From the IMG/VR virus record IMGVR_UViG_2740892235_000008: a stretch of DNA of 9,382 nucleotides; one strand, given 5' to 3'. The notes under the pieces were generated by a model that worked only from the letters and a program-made list of their open reading frames with translations, was not told the DNA's origin and did not search any database. The position numbers and the translations under genes are program-made. Below, one piece after another: positions 1-6,660 of the stretch (position 1 is the stretch's first letter; each line of letters opens with the position of its first letter). Source of the stretch: a virus. Its lineage: Duplodnaviria > Heunggongvirae > Uroviricota > Caudoviricetes.

Positions 1-688
1 AGGTACGGCTGTATCGTTCGCGCTGCTCGACGATCCCCAGCTTCGCCATCTGGTGATATGCCTGATTAGCCGTAAGGCGGATACCATACTGTTTCAGCAG
101 TGCACTCAGCGACAGTGTCGGGCGACTTGAGCCATCAGGCGCGTCAGCAGGAGCATCAATGGCATAGCGCGGTGCCAGATTCGGTAAGCCAACAGCCTCC
201 TGGAGTTTCTGACAGGCACCAAGCACTGATGAGTTAGACAGATTTAACTCCCGGCGCATAAAGTCCAGCAGAATCACGCCAGCCTGCATCTTGTCAGCAG
301 CCTGCCCGGATAATTTTTCCGGTGCGCTGGTTACCATGTCGAAAGTGCGGATCACCTTCAGATGGAATGACGGGCTGATCCACATTGCATAGGCATACAC
401 CAGTTCCTTACAGACATATGTTCCGCCATTCCGCCCTTCTATTTTACTGACAGGTTTACTACCCAAATTTTGGGTAGTTTCATTGAATGAACCGACACCC
501 AGATTTTGGGTATCGATCAATTCCTGAACCAGCTCAGTAATCTGTTGGCTGGAAAGAAACTTTCCCGGCTCCTTGGTTCTGGCATTTGCACCAGATGCTA
601 CTGCTGCGCGATGCAGATCGTTCAGGCTGTAACGTCCATAAGCATCACGACGAACTTCAATACCATCAATGACCATCAGATTATTCAT
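1..688 (-). CDS. KilA-N/Bro-N-type antirepressor-like protein, 3' end runs off the window start
   Basis: Hand translation of the reverse complement from ATG (686-688) is open to position 1 (about 229 codons, MNNLMVIDGIEVRRDAYGRYSLNDLHRAA...). AAGAGGAG Shine-Dalgarno lies about 8 nt upstream (complement of 696-703). Not in the ORF track because there is no in-window stop. Family assignment is from N-terminal resemblance as remembered. Confidence 0.6.
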   Translation of the reverse strand, partial: MNNLMVIDGIEVRRDAYGRYSLNDLHRAAVASGANARTKEPGKFLSSQQITELVQELIDTQNLGVGSFNETTQNLGSKPVSKIEGRNGGTYVCKELVYAYAMWISPSFHLKVIRTFDMVTSAPEKLSGQAADKMQAGVILLDFMRRELNLSNSSVLGACQKLQEAVGLPNLAPRYAIDAPADAPDGSSRPTLSLSALLKQYGIRLTANQAYHQMAKLGIVEQRERYSRT

Positions 689-707
689 ACTTCGTTTCTC
701 CTCTTAA

Positions 708-890
708 TCAGGCGGCTGCACCCGCCGTTTTCTCGTACTTACTGATAGTGATCTCGACCTTCCCTTCCGGGATAACCGGTCCCCACTCCACCAGCATTCT
801 TTTCACCTGGCTGTCGTCTTCCCACACACCCGCGTGGGTCAGGGCGTCAAACAGCGCCTTGTTATAGTTGTCCAGATCGCGGATCCGGTT
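708..890 (-). CDS. rusA: RusA Holliday-junction resolvase, C-terminal part (5' side cut by N gap; N-terminal part is at 1514-1801)
   Basis: Translation NRIRDLDNYNKALFDALTHAGVWEDDSQVKRM... with stop at 708-710. The RDLDN / FDAL / DD motif is typical of RusA. Bases 821-890 repeat 1524-1594 with one SNP, so the two pieces are the same gene split by the scaffold join. Confidence 0.75.
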   Translation of the reverse strand, partial: NRIRDLDNYNKALFDALTHAGVWEDDSQVKRMLVEWGPVIPEGKVEITISKYEKTAGAAA

Positions 891-900
891 NNNNNNNNNN
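891..900. other. assembly gap (10 N)
   Basis: Run of n characters; flanking sequence repeats 1524-1594. Confidence 0.95.
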
Positions 901-1137
901 TTTGCAGACATACGTCCCCTGGTTATTTCCGCCACGAATAACGTTAACTGGCTCTATATTGACCGAGTTGCAAATCTGCAACTCGCTTATTAAACGTTCA
1001 GTTTGCTCATTGCGGAGCCAGAATGCAGGCTTATGCTTATCCAGAGAACCGGCAGCCCTGTGCAGATCGTTCAGGCTGTAACGCCCATAAGCATCACGAC
1101 GAACTTCAATACCATCAATGACCATCAGATTATTCAT
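901..1137 (-). CDS. KilA-N-domain protein, second allele, N-terminal fragment bounded by gaps
   Basis: ATG at 1135-1137. Translation MNNLMVIDGIEVRRDAYGRYSLNDLHRAAGSLDKHKPAFWLRNEQ...GTYVCK: first 29 aa identical to the 1-688 gene, then divergent, then reconverging at GTYVCK. 1063-1140 nearly repeats 606-690. Confidence 0.5.
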
Positions 1138-1140
1138 ACT

Positions 1141-1150
1141 NNNNNNNNNN
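1141..1150. other. assembly gap (10 N)
   Basis: Run of n characters. Confidence 0.95.
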
Positions 1151-1297
1151 GCGTAACTGCTCAACTATTGCTGCACACGCCGCGCTCTGGAATTTGCGCC
1201 CCGCTGCGCTTATCAGGCTCTTACCAGCAAACGCCCCTTTGTTGGGGTGTCGCCAGTACGTGTTCACGCTGGGCGGAAAAGGCAGAATCAGCTTCAT
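1151..1297 (-). CDS. rusA: RusA N-terminal fragment, second allele
   Basis: ATG at 1295-1297, translation MKLILPFPPSVNTYWRHPNKGAFAGKSLISAAGRKFQSAACAAIVEQLR. Near-identical with SNPs to 1660-1801. Confidence 0.55.
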
Positions 1298-1503
1298 ACT
1301 TTCAGGCCCCTCTCATGTAACCAGTGGGCTGCACGCAGCCTGGCGTTTTCCTCACCGGCAAGCAGTGCGCGGATAATCCCGACCGCCTCGCTGTCGTCGT
1401 CCTTCACCGCGGTATGAAGCGTTATCCCCCGGGCCACGCCACGCTTTATCGTGATGACGCCTTTTTTCTCCAGTGCGCGAAGATGCTCCACCGCTGCATT
1501 CAC
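1294..1503 (-). CDS. LexA-DBD-like regulator, C-terminal fragment, second allele
   Basis: Translation VNAAVEHLRALEKKGVITIKRGVARGITLHTAVKDDDSEAVGIIRALLAGEENARLRAAHWLHERGLKV, stop 1294-1296 overlapping the RusA ATG (ATGA). SNP variant of 1798-2003. Confidence 0.5.
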   Translation of the reverse strand: MNAAVEHLRALEKKGVITIKRGVARGITLHTAVKDDDSEAVGIIRALLAGEENARLRAAHWLHERGLKV

Positions 1504-1513
1504 NNNNNNNNNN
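1504..1513. other. assembly gap (10 N)
   Basis: Run of n characters. Confidence 0.95.
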
Positions 1514-1801
1514 ACTGTCGTCTTCCCACACACCCGCGTGGGTCAGGGCGTCAAACAGTGCCTTGTTATAGTTGTCCAGATCGCGGATCCGGTTATCCGG
1601 AGGAAACAACACGATCTCCACTGAAGCAGGTGCCGACGTTGGTTTCGGCAGACGACGTAACTGCTCAACTATTGCTGTGCACGCCGCACTCTGGAATTTT
1701 CGCCCCGCCGCGCTTATCAGGCTCTTACCAGCAAATGCCCCTTTGTTGGGGTGTCGCCAGTAGGTGTTCACGCTGGGTGGAAAAGGCAGAATCAGCTTCA
1801 T
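1514..1801 (-). CDS. rusA: RusA Holliday-junction resolvase, N-terminal part (cut by gap)
   Basis: ATG 1799-1801; translation MKLILPFPPSVNTYWRH...VEIVLFPPDNRIRDLDNYNKALFDALTHAGVWEDDS. Start overlaps the upstream gene stop as ATGA, indicating translational coupling. Confidence 0.8.
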
Positions 1802-2124
1802 ACTTTCAGCCCCCTCTCATGTAACCAGTGGGCTGCACGCAGCCTGGCGTTTTCCTCACCAGCAAGCAGTGCGCGGATAATCCCGGCCACCTCGCTGTCG
1901 TCGTCCTTCACCGCGGTATGAAGCGTGATGCCCCGGGCCACGCCACGCTTTATCGTGATGACGCCTTTTTTCTCCAGTGCGCGAAGATGCTCCACCGCTG
2001 CATTCACTGAACGGTATCCCAGCATGGTAGCCACCTCCTGATTGGTTGGCGGGAAGCCACGTTCTTTCTGGTAAGAAATCAGCATATCCAGCACCTGCTG
2101 CTGGCATTGAGTTAACGTCGTCAT
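1798..2124 (-). CDS. LexA N-terminal DNA-binding-domain homolog (winged helix), no S24 peptidase domain, about 108 aa
   Basis: Translation from ATG 2122-2124: MTTLTQCQQQVLDMLISYQKERGFPPTNQEVATMLGYRSVNAAVEHLRALEKKGVITIKRGVARGITL..., which aligns closely to the remembered LexA DBD (…[65 protein letters not shown]). ATG overlaps the upstream stop (TAATG). The ORF-track start at 2157 is an unsupported upstream extension. Confidence 0.75.
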   Translation of the reverse strand: MTTLTQCQQQVLDMLISYQKERGFPPTNQEVATMLGYRSVNAAVEHLRALEKKGVITIKRGVARGITLHTAVKDDDSEVAGIIRALLAGEENARLRAAHWLHERGLKV

Positions 2125-2612
2125 TAAGCCCCCACGTAATTCCCTGACAGATACCACTCTTCACCCGATACAGCGCGCTTGCTGCTTTTCCGTAAACACC
2201 GCTCACGACGCGCAAGAAAATTGTTTCGCTCTTGCTGGGAGTGGCTTTCACGGAATGCCGCCATCCACACCGTTGCAGCACGACGGTATAAGCCCCTGGA
2301 CTCCAGTTCTTCCGCCTGGCGGGTCAGGCACAAAATCACCCGGGGATCGTTAGTGCCGACATAGAAATTGCGCACAGGTCTGGATTCACGAACTGGTTGC
2401 GGTTCCGGCTCCTGCGGTATCTCAGTCAGCCGCGGGAAATGTCTGCGTGTATCCCCTTCACAACGGTGAGCCACACGCCCACTCTGACGTAACTTGCTTG
2501 CTGACTGCAGAACGCGCTGTCGTGAGTAACCTGCAAAAGCATCCGCAATGTCTCCGGAAGTACACCCCGGATGGGCTTCAATGAATTTCTGAACGTCATT
2601 CAAAAGACTCAT
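2124..2612 (-). CDS. PerC/ANR-family-like regulator with an additional N-terminal domain, about 162 aa
   Basis: ATG 2610-2612 preceded by AGGGGG with about 5 nt spacing (GTG at 2616-2618 is the alternative). C-terminal LESRGLYRRAATVWMAAF...RRERCL matches the remembered PerC/Pch signature (GLWRRAA..W...RR..CL). Stop overlaps the next ATG. Confidence 0.5.
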   Translation of the reverse strand: MSLLNDVQKFIEAHPGCTSGDIADAFAGYSRQRVLQSASKLRQSGRVAHRCEGDTRRHFPRLTEIPQEPEPQPVRESRPVRNFYVGTNDPRVILCLTRQAEELESRGLYRRAATVWMAAFRESHSQQERNNFLARRERCLRKSSKRAVSGEEWYLSGNYVGA

Positions 2613-2614
2613 GA

Positions 2615-3794
2615 TCACCCCCTGAATCCTGCCGGGATCTGGCTGTAGTCCACATTGTCGTAACTGGCTTTGAAGTACGGGTCTTCGCGTTTTTCTGTGT
2701 ACGTGCTGACGGACGGCGATAAGCGCAGGGAAAGCTCATCCCATTTTTCCCGCAGCTTCGACGGGCTGAGCACGTTNNNNNNNNNNATTTGAAGTACGGG
2801 TCTTCGCGTTTTTCGGTGTACGTGCTGACGGACGGCGATAAGCGCAGGGAAAGCTCATCCCATTTTTCCCGCAGCTTCGACGGGCTGAGCACGTTACGGC
2901 ACCAGAACGGATCGCGGCTGACGCGGCTGTACATCTCGCAGATTTGTTTATGAGTACGACCATCCTGCACACACATCAGGCGAATTTCGTTTGCCCAGGC
3001 TGTCCAGTTCGGTTCTTTGGGACGAACCACCTCGCCGTCACATTCGGCAGCCTGCTCGTACAGGGCGATGATTTTTTTCCAGAACCACTGTGCGCAGGTC
3101 AAATCATCCTGCGTCCCCCACTGGCGTTTTTTAGGGCTGAATACAACCGCATCAGGATGGCGAGTTAAAAAATCCTGTTCAGCCGTCTGCGTGTCCGGTT
3201 GCGAAGAGTCCGGACGAGAAGGTTTTTTATCTGACGGATCATGTTTTGATTTTACTGACGGATCCCCGCCAGATTCTGACGGGTGAAAACCCGCTTTTTT
3301 GCCAGATTTCGACGCATCAAATTTTGACGGGTCAGATTTTGATGCGTCAGATTTTGACGGGTCAGAATCTGACAGTTGAGAAAATGCCGCTGCCTGAAGC
3401 TTCGCAACGTTAAGCTGATAAACATTCGACGCATTGCGGTTACCCTGGCGACGCGCCTTACGCGTTAACCAGCCTTCTGCTTCCAGCCGTGCGATAGCCG
3501 TTCTGACGGTACTCATCCCCGCGCCAATCTGGCGTGCAATGGTTTCAATCGATGGCCAGCACACACCTTCGTCATTACTGAAATCAGCCAGGCGGGCCAT
3601 AATTGCCACGCTGGATAATTTCATGCCTGANNNNNNNNNNAGCCAATCTGACGGGCAATGGTTTCAATTGATGGCCAGCACACACCTTCGTCATTACTGA
3701 AATCAGCCAGGCGGGCCATAATTGCCACGCTGGATAATTTCATGCCTGACGCTGCGCAACCATCCCATACATAGCCGGTTAATTTAGTGCTCAT
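2615..3794 (-). CDS. phage replication initiator, O-like (N-terminal wHTH, Ser/Asp/Lys-rich repeat linker, C-terminal domain); spans two scaffold joins with duplicated flanks
   Basis: ATG 3792-3794 with GAGG Shine-Dalgarno 7 nt upstream; translation MSTKLTGYVWDGCAASGMKLSSVAIMARLADFSNDEGVCWPSIETIARQIG... In-frame through segment 2787-3630. True stop TGA at 2615-2617 found by hand translation (…DPYFKASYDNVDYSQIPAGFRG). The ORF-track frame after the 2777-2786 gap is an artefact. Real gene length is shorter than the coordinate span because 2672-2776 / 2789-2896 and 3520-3630 / 3641-3751 are duplicated overlaps. Confidence 0.6.
2777..2786. other. assembly gap (10 N)
   Basis: Run of n characters; about 105 bp either side are near-identical direct repeats. 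Confidence 0.95.
3224..3377. repeat. iteron-like tandem array (15-bp period; consensus CAGATTTTGACGNGT; 5 contiguous copies at 3303-3377 plus degenerate copies at 3224-3284); candidate replication origin inside the initiator gene
   Basis: Direct reading: cagatttcgacgcat / caaattttgacgggt / cagattttgatgcgt / cagattttgacgggt / cagaatctgacagtt, plus cagattctgacgggt at 3270-3284 and two CTGACGGATC-containing units at 3224-3265. They encode the SDxSK pentapeptide repeats of the linker. Lambda ori iterons lie inside O in the same way (established knowledge). Confidence 0.5.
3631..3640. other. assembly gap (10 N)
   Basis: Run of n characters; 3520-3630 and 3641-3751 are near-identical with 3 SNPs. 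Confidence 0.95.
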
Positions 3795-3803
3795 GACCGA
3801 CCT

Positions 3804-4142
3804 CTATTTCCCTGAATTTACGACGAAACTGTTCGAGCGGGCTGAAGCACTCATGCTCATAGCCTTCGCGGAGGTAGATAACACGTTGTGTTTCCGGCTC
3901 CCAACGAATGACTCTGACGGGCACTCCGTAGTGATCTTTGAACCAGCGGTTAACTTGTCGCAAAGGACTGTCTCCTTCTGCCGGTTGAAATCACCCACAG
4001 CCCACTCTGCAAAGCTGTGGGTTACAATTTCCCTGTCACCTGGTACATTTACTGCATAGCAATACTCCACCTTCGCTTTTCCACCCGGTACAGGAAGCGC
4101 AATCAGTTGCGAGCGACGGTAGTGTGTTGTTAAACTGTTCAT
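3804..4142 (-). CDS. hypothetical protein (112 aa) between cII-like and replication genes
   Basis: ORF-track ORF; ATG 4140-4142 overlaps the upstream stop as ATGA; stop is 9 nt before the replication gene ATG. Same strand as the whole operon. No recognisable family. Confidence 0.4.
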   Translation of the reverse strand: MNSLTTHYRRSQLIALPVPGGKAKVEYCYAVNVPGDREIVTHSFAEWAVGDFNRQKETVLCDKLTAGSKITTECPSESFVGSRKHNVLSTSAKAMSMSASARSNSFVVNSGK

Positions 4143-4690
4143 GCGTTAGTTTCTCCACAGTCACGACACGCCACGGCGCCCGGAGCTGCACACTCGCGGG
4201 CGTCACTACTTTCTGAAACGCAAAAGATTTTGTAGACCAGTGCTGCATGCTCCTGCAGCTTCGAAATTGAGAGGTACAGCTCATCGTTAATTGCTGTCTT
4301 CTCATGCGGTTCCACTACACCGTCTTCAATTGCTGAACGAATCTGTTTTGAATAACTGCCGATCTGTTCAATGACCTCCAGCAGGCGTTGGTTGATATCG
4401 GCGTTGTCCACATCCTCGACATCAGGAAGAGACACAAAGACGCCATTTGCAGACTGCGCCACAGCGTCAGCAATGAAGTGAGTTCCACCAGCACGTTGCA
4501 AAATCATTGCCCATCCCAGCGGGAAAATCTGATCGCCATCGGCACGAAGGCGGTTAAATAATGCGTTCTCTGTTACATCCAGCCAGTCAGCAGCTTCAGC
4601 GTACCCCCCCGGCAACGCTGCGATAGTTTTTCTGACAGCTTTCACGTACCACTCAGGCTGTTTTTCTACTTTCCAGTGATGCTTACCCAC
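4139..4690 (-). CDS. cII-like early regulator (HTH-containing, 183 aa)
   Basis: GTG start 4688-4690 preceded by a perfect AGGAGG with 6 nt spacing. Sits immediately downstream of the cro-like gene. Remote cII-like HTH pattern in …[19 protein letters not shown]. Function inferred from position and weak pattern. Confidence 0.55.
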   Translation of the reverse strand: MGKHHWKVEKQPEWYVKAVRKTIAALPGGYAEAADWLDVTENALFNRLRADGDQIFPLGWAMILQRAGGTHFIADAVAQSANGVFVSLPDVEDVDNADINQRLLEVIEQIGSYSKQIRSAIEDGVVEPHEKTAINDELYLSISKLQEHAALVYKIFCVSESSDARECAAPGAVACRDCGETNA

Positions 4691-4943
4691 GGTTCACCTC
4701 CTGTTCCTGTGGTTTAAACCCATTCTGGTTTTGGCTAGATTGAAAACGTGCCGGATAAAGAATCTGCATTTCGCTGACTTCACCCTTAAAAAAATTGGCT
4801 AAACGTTCTGCAAGCTCGATAGATGGAATCTGCTCCAGCCTCTCAATACGACTCAACGTCGCTGGATTGACTTGAACACCCGCAGCAACATGCTGCAAAG
4901 TGAAACCATGCGCCTTACGCACATTTCGTAATGGTGATTGCAT
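4683..4943 (-). CDS. cro: Cro-like XRE-family HTH repressor (86 aa), immunity module 1
   Basis: ATG 4941-4943 with GGAGGG Shine-Dalgarno; translation MQSPLRNVRKAHGFTLQHVAAGVQVNPATLSRIERLEQIPSIELAERLANFF is a typical HTH_3 fold. Divergent from the cI-like gene across a 97-bp operator region. Confidence 0.7.
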   Translation of the reverse strand: MQSPLRNVRKAHGFTLQHVAAGVQVNPATLSRIERLEQIPSIELAERLANFFKGEVSEMQILYPARFQSSQNQNGFKPQEQEVNRG

Positions 4944-5040
4944 ATGCCCTCCAAATATTGCGCGTTATGCATGTTATTTCACGCAATTATTTTGCGCAAG
5001 TTGATTTGCTTATCACGCAATAAAGAAATGTAATAAACGC
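4944..5040. promoter_or_regulatory. divergent promoter/operator region (OR/PR/PRM-like) of immunity module 1
   Basis: Between divergent cro-like and cI-like starts. Contains dyad TTGCTTATCACGCAA (5006-5020), a weaker TTGCGCGTTATGCAT (4958-4972) and the palindrome CGCAATTATTTTGCG (4982-4996). Possible PR toward cro: -35 TTGCGC, -10 TAACAT read on the minus strand. Confidence 0.55.
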
Positions 5041-5733
5041 ATGAACATAGGAAACCGAGTCAGACAACTTCGCCAAGCGAAGAACATGAAAATCGCCGAT
5101 CTCGCTGAAGCGATAGGAGTAGATGCGGCGAACATCTCGCGCTTAGAAACGGGTAAGCAAAAACAATTTACCGAACAAACACTGAGTAATATTGCCAGGA
5201 GCTTAGGTGTTGATATTGCTGATCTCTTTACCTCTGCCCACAAAAGTAATACTGTATATAAAAACAGTAATAATGAGGATGTTGCGCAGGTGAAGGATGT
5301 GTTCCGTATTGAAATGCTGGATATCAGTGCCAGTGCGGGAAATGGCCTTATCCAGGGCGGTGATGTCATTGATGTGATTCATGCCATCGAATACAGAACT
5401 GATAATGCTGTATCAATGTTCGGCGGACGACCAGCCAATCACATCAAAGTTATCAACGTTCGTGGGGACAGTATGTGTCCAACCATTGAGCCCGGAGATC
5501 TCATCTTCGTTGATGTCAGCATCAATCAGTTTGATGGTGATGGTATATATGTCTTTGGTTTTGATGACAAAATATACGTTAAAAGACTTCAAATGATTCC
5601 TGACAAACTGCTGGTGATTTCTGATAACCAGATTTACCGTGAATGGGGAATTACTAGCGAAAACGAACACCGATTCATGGTCTTTGGAAAGGTCTTAATC
5701 AGTCAGTCGCAAACCCTTAAGAGACATAATTAA
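5041..5733 (+). CDS. cI: CI-like phage repressor (N-terminal XRE HTH, C-terminal S24/LexA-type autopeptidase), 230 aa
   Basis: Translation has HTH (VRQLRQAKNMKIADLAEAIGVDAANISRLETGK), a candidate Ala-Gly cleavage site (ASAGNG) and the S24 catalytic motifs GDSM … KRL. Stop TAA 5731-5733. Confidence 0.9.
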   Translation: MNIGNRVRQLRQAKNMKIADLAEAIGVDAANISRLETGKQKQFTEQTLSNIARSLGVDIADLFTSAHKSNTVYKNSNNEDVAQVKDVFRIEMLDISASAGNGLIQGGDVIDVIHAIEYRTDNAVSMFGGRPANHIKVINVRGDSMCPTIEPGDLIFVDVSINQFDGDGIYVFGFDDKIYVKRLQMIPDKLLVISDNQIYREWGITSENEHRFMVFGKVLISQSQTLKRHN

Positions 5734-5742
5734 CCTCAATAT

Positions 5743-5765
5743 CCCATCCATCGGCCACCGAAAGG
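5743..5765 (+). terminator. rho-independent terminator downstream of cI-1
   Basis: GGCCACC-GAAA-GGTGGC hairpin followed by TTTTT (ggccaccgaaaggtggcttttt). Confidence 0.7.
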
Positions 5766-5777
5766 TGGCTTTTTATT

Positions 5778-5828
5778 ACCTATAAATTTGCATATCTCGC
5801 AAATATCACTTGCATATCTCGCAATTTA
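5778..5828 (+). promoter_or_regulatory. candidate OL/pL of module 1: two 15-bp direct repeats TTGCATATCTCGCAA (5778-5792, 5800-5814) overlapping a sigma70-like promoter (-35 TTGCAT 5800-5805, 17-bp spacer, -10 TATCTT 5823-5828)
   Basis: The repeats share the TTGC-N7-GCAA dyad and 13 of 15 bases with the OR site 5006-5020, consistent with the same repressor binding at both. Spacing of the two copies is 22 bp. Confidence 0.45.
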
Positions 5829-5920
5829 ATTTTATCTTTTGTTCCAGACCAACTACAGGATTACAACAAAATCTGGTTGCAACACGGTGCATGTGTCGTA
5901 AGCAGTCAGTAAATGTCAAA

Positions 5921-5985
5921 AACGAACAGGCAGGACGCCCACGAAGTAGCCGCCGGTGGCGTATGAATGACCGGATGATTCGTTA
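5921..5985 (+). ncRNA. conserved 65-nt structured element, copy 1 (candidate cis-acting leader RNA, nut/put-like, or small RNA)
   Basis: Same 65-nt sequence as 8186-8250 except in a 20-nt core. Outer inverted repeat AACGAA…TTCGTT. Inner stem CCGGT(N12)ACCGG here versus CCTGG(N12)CCAGG in copy 2, i.e. two compensatory base-pair changes preserve the stem. Confidence 0.4.
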
Positions 5986-6009
5986 AATACTATGTGTAAG
6001 AGAGCGCAA

Positions 6010-6213
6010 ATGAACCGTTATTTCACATGCTCGTTTTGTGGCGCAAACGAGCTGCAGGCAAAAAAAATCATCGCCAAAGGCGGAAAAGATGAAGTTGCTA
6101 TCTGCTCTGAGTGCGTAGTCTTGTGTGTCGGGGCATTAATCAATAGCAGCACAACTATTCGGTTCACACCAAATGAGAATGCGCCTTTAGATGCGCGGAA
6201 ATCTGGAGGTTAA
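6010..6213 (+). CDS. small ClpX-type C4 zinc-finger (ClpX N-terminal ZBD-like) protein, about 67 aa
   Basis: Translation MNRYFTCSFCGANELQAKKIIAKGGKDEVAICSECVVLC… matches the remembered ClpX N-terminal zinc-binding signature ([33 protein letters not shown]). Purine-rich AAGAGAG 5 nt before ATG 6010; the ORF-track ATG at 5992 has no Shine-Dalgarno. Confidence 0.55.
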   Translation: MNRYFTCSFCGANELQAKKIIAKGGKDEVAICSECVVLCVGALINSSTTIRFTPNENAPLDARKSGG

Positions 6214-6221
6214 AGAACAAA

Positions 6222-6497
6222 ATGAAAGTCCAGATTTTAAACAATAGTGGTGAAGTCGTTTGGTCATACGACATAGCCGCTCCTGTAGATCAGAGCGGCG
6301 ATAGCTGGACCAATGGGAAACATCAGATTATGGCTGGAGTTGTATTCTCTTTACGCCGTGCTTTGGAACAGGCTGAAGTCTTTCCATCAGACCCTGAATG
6401 GAAATGGCCTTTTTCTATTTGTCCAAATTCGGAGAGTACATTTCAGAAAATTGGTCAGAAAGTCGCACTCGAAGAGCATCAGCCAACTGTTTCCTGA
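6222..6497 (+). CDS. hypothetical protein (91 aa)
   Basis: ORF-track ORF. GGAGG at 6205-6209 but with 12-nt spacing to the ATG. Its 3' 83 nt overlap the convergent ORF at 6415-6660, so the true extent of one of the two is uncertain. Confidence 0.4.
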   Translation: MKVQILNNSGEVVWSYDIAAPVDQSGDSWTNGKHQIMAGVVFSLRRALEQAEVFPSDPEWKWPFSICPNSESTFQKIGQKVALEEHQPTVS

Positions 6498-6660
6498 TTT
6501 TTTCAGGTAACTCGTCGGCATCGCAGAAACAACAACGCTCGATCATGTTGAAAGCCGATTCGTAGAACTGTTTCTGCTGAGTGTCGCTGAGACAGGAAAA
6601 GAGCGACGTTACGATGATTTTATTAATTGCATTATCAAGTTCTTTTTCATCAAAAGTCAT
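6415..6660 (-). CDS. hypothetical protein (81 aa), convergent to the preceding ORFs
   Basis: ATG 6658-6660 with AAGGA Shine-Dalgarno about 7 nt upstream (revcomp of 6661-6680 is atacataaaaggaaaatcaa). Protein-like composition with a CCFCD motif. Confidence 0.45.
   Translation of the reverse strand: MTFDEKELDNAINKIIVTSLFSCLSDTQQKQFYESAFNMIERCCFCDADELPEKIRKQLADALRVRLSDQFSEMYSPNLDK

Noticed and set aside
506-745. Plus-strand 79-aa ORF
   Set aside because: Lies antisense inside the longer, Shine-Dalgarno-supported KilA-N gene; no ribosome-binding site; translation is low-complexity.
1003-1824. Plus-strand ORFs 1003-1320, 1194-1376, 1324-1824 and 1572-1763
   Set aside because: Antisense to the well-supported RusA and LexA-DBD-like genes and/or reading through N runs; their repeated peptides only reflect the duplicated DNA.
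1856-2281. Minus-strand 141-aa ORF
   Set aside because: Out-of-frame overlap of the LexA-DBD-like and PerC-like genes; Arg/Gly-rich nonsense translation.
2596-3624. ORF-track version of the replication gene (342 aa ending at 2596)
   Set aside because: Its C-terminal 60 residues come from a frame shift introduced by the 10-N join and the duplicated flank; hand translation gives the true stop at 2615-2617.
2736-3700. Small ORFs 2736-2972, 2944-3168, 3017-3286, 3252-3434 and 3434-3700
   Set aside because: All lie inside or antisense to the replication initiator gene; 3252-3434 is just the iteron repeat read in another frame.
3787-4305. ORFs 3787-4059 (plus) and 4036-4305 (minus)
   Set aside because: Overlap the translationally coupled minus-strand genes in other frames or strands; no start context.
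5013-5670. ORFs 5013-5369 (minus), 5381-5596 (plus) and 5413-5670 (minus)
   Set aside because: Embedded in or antisense to the cI-1 repressor gene, which has clear HTH and S24 motifs.
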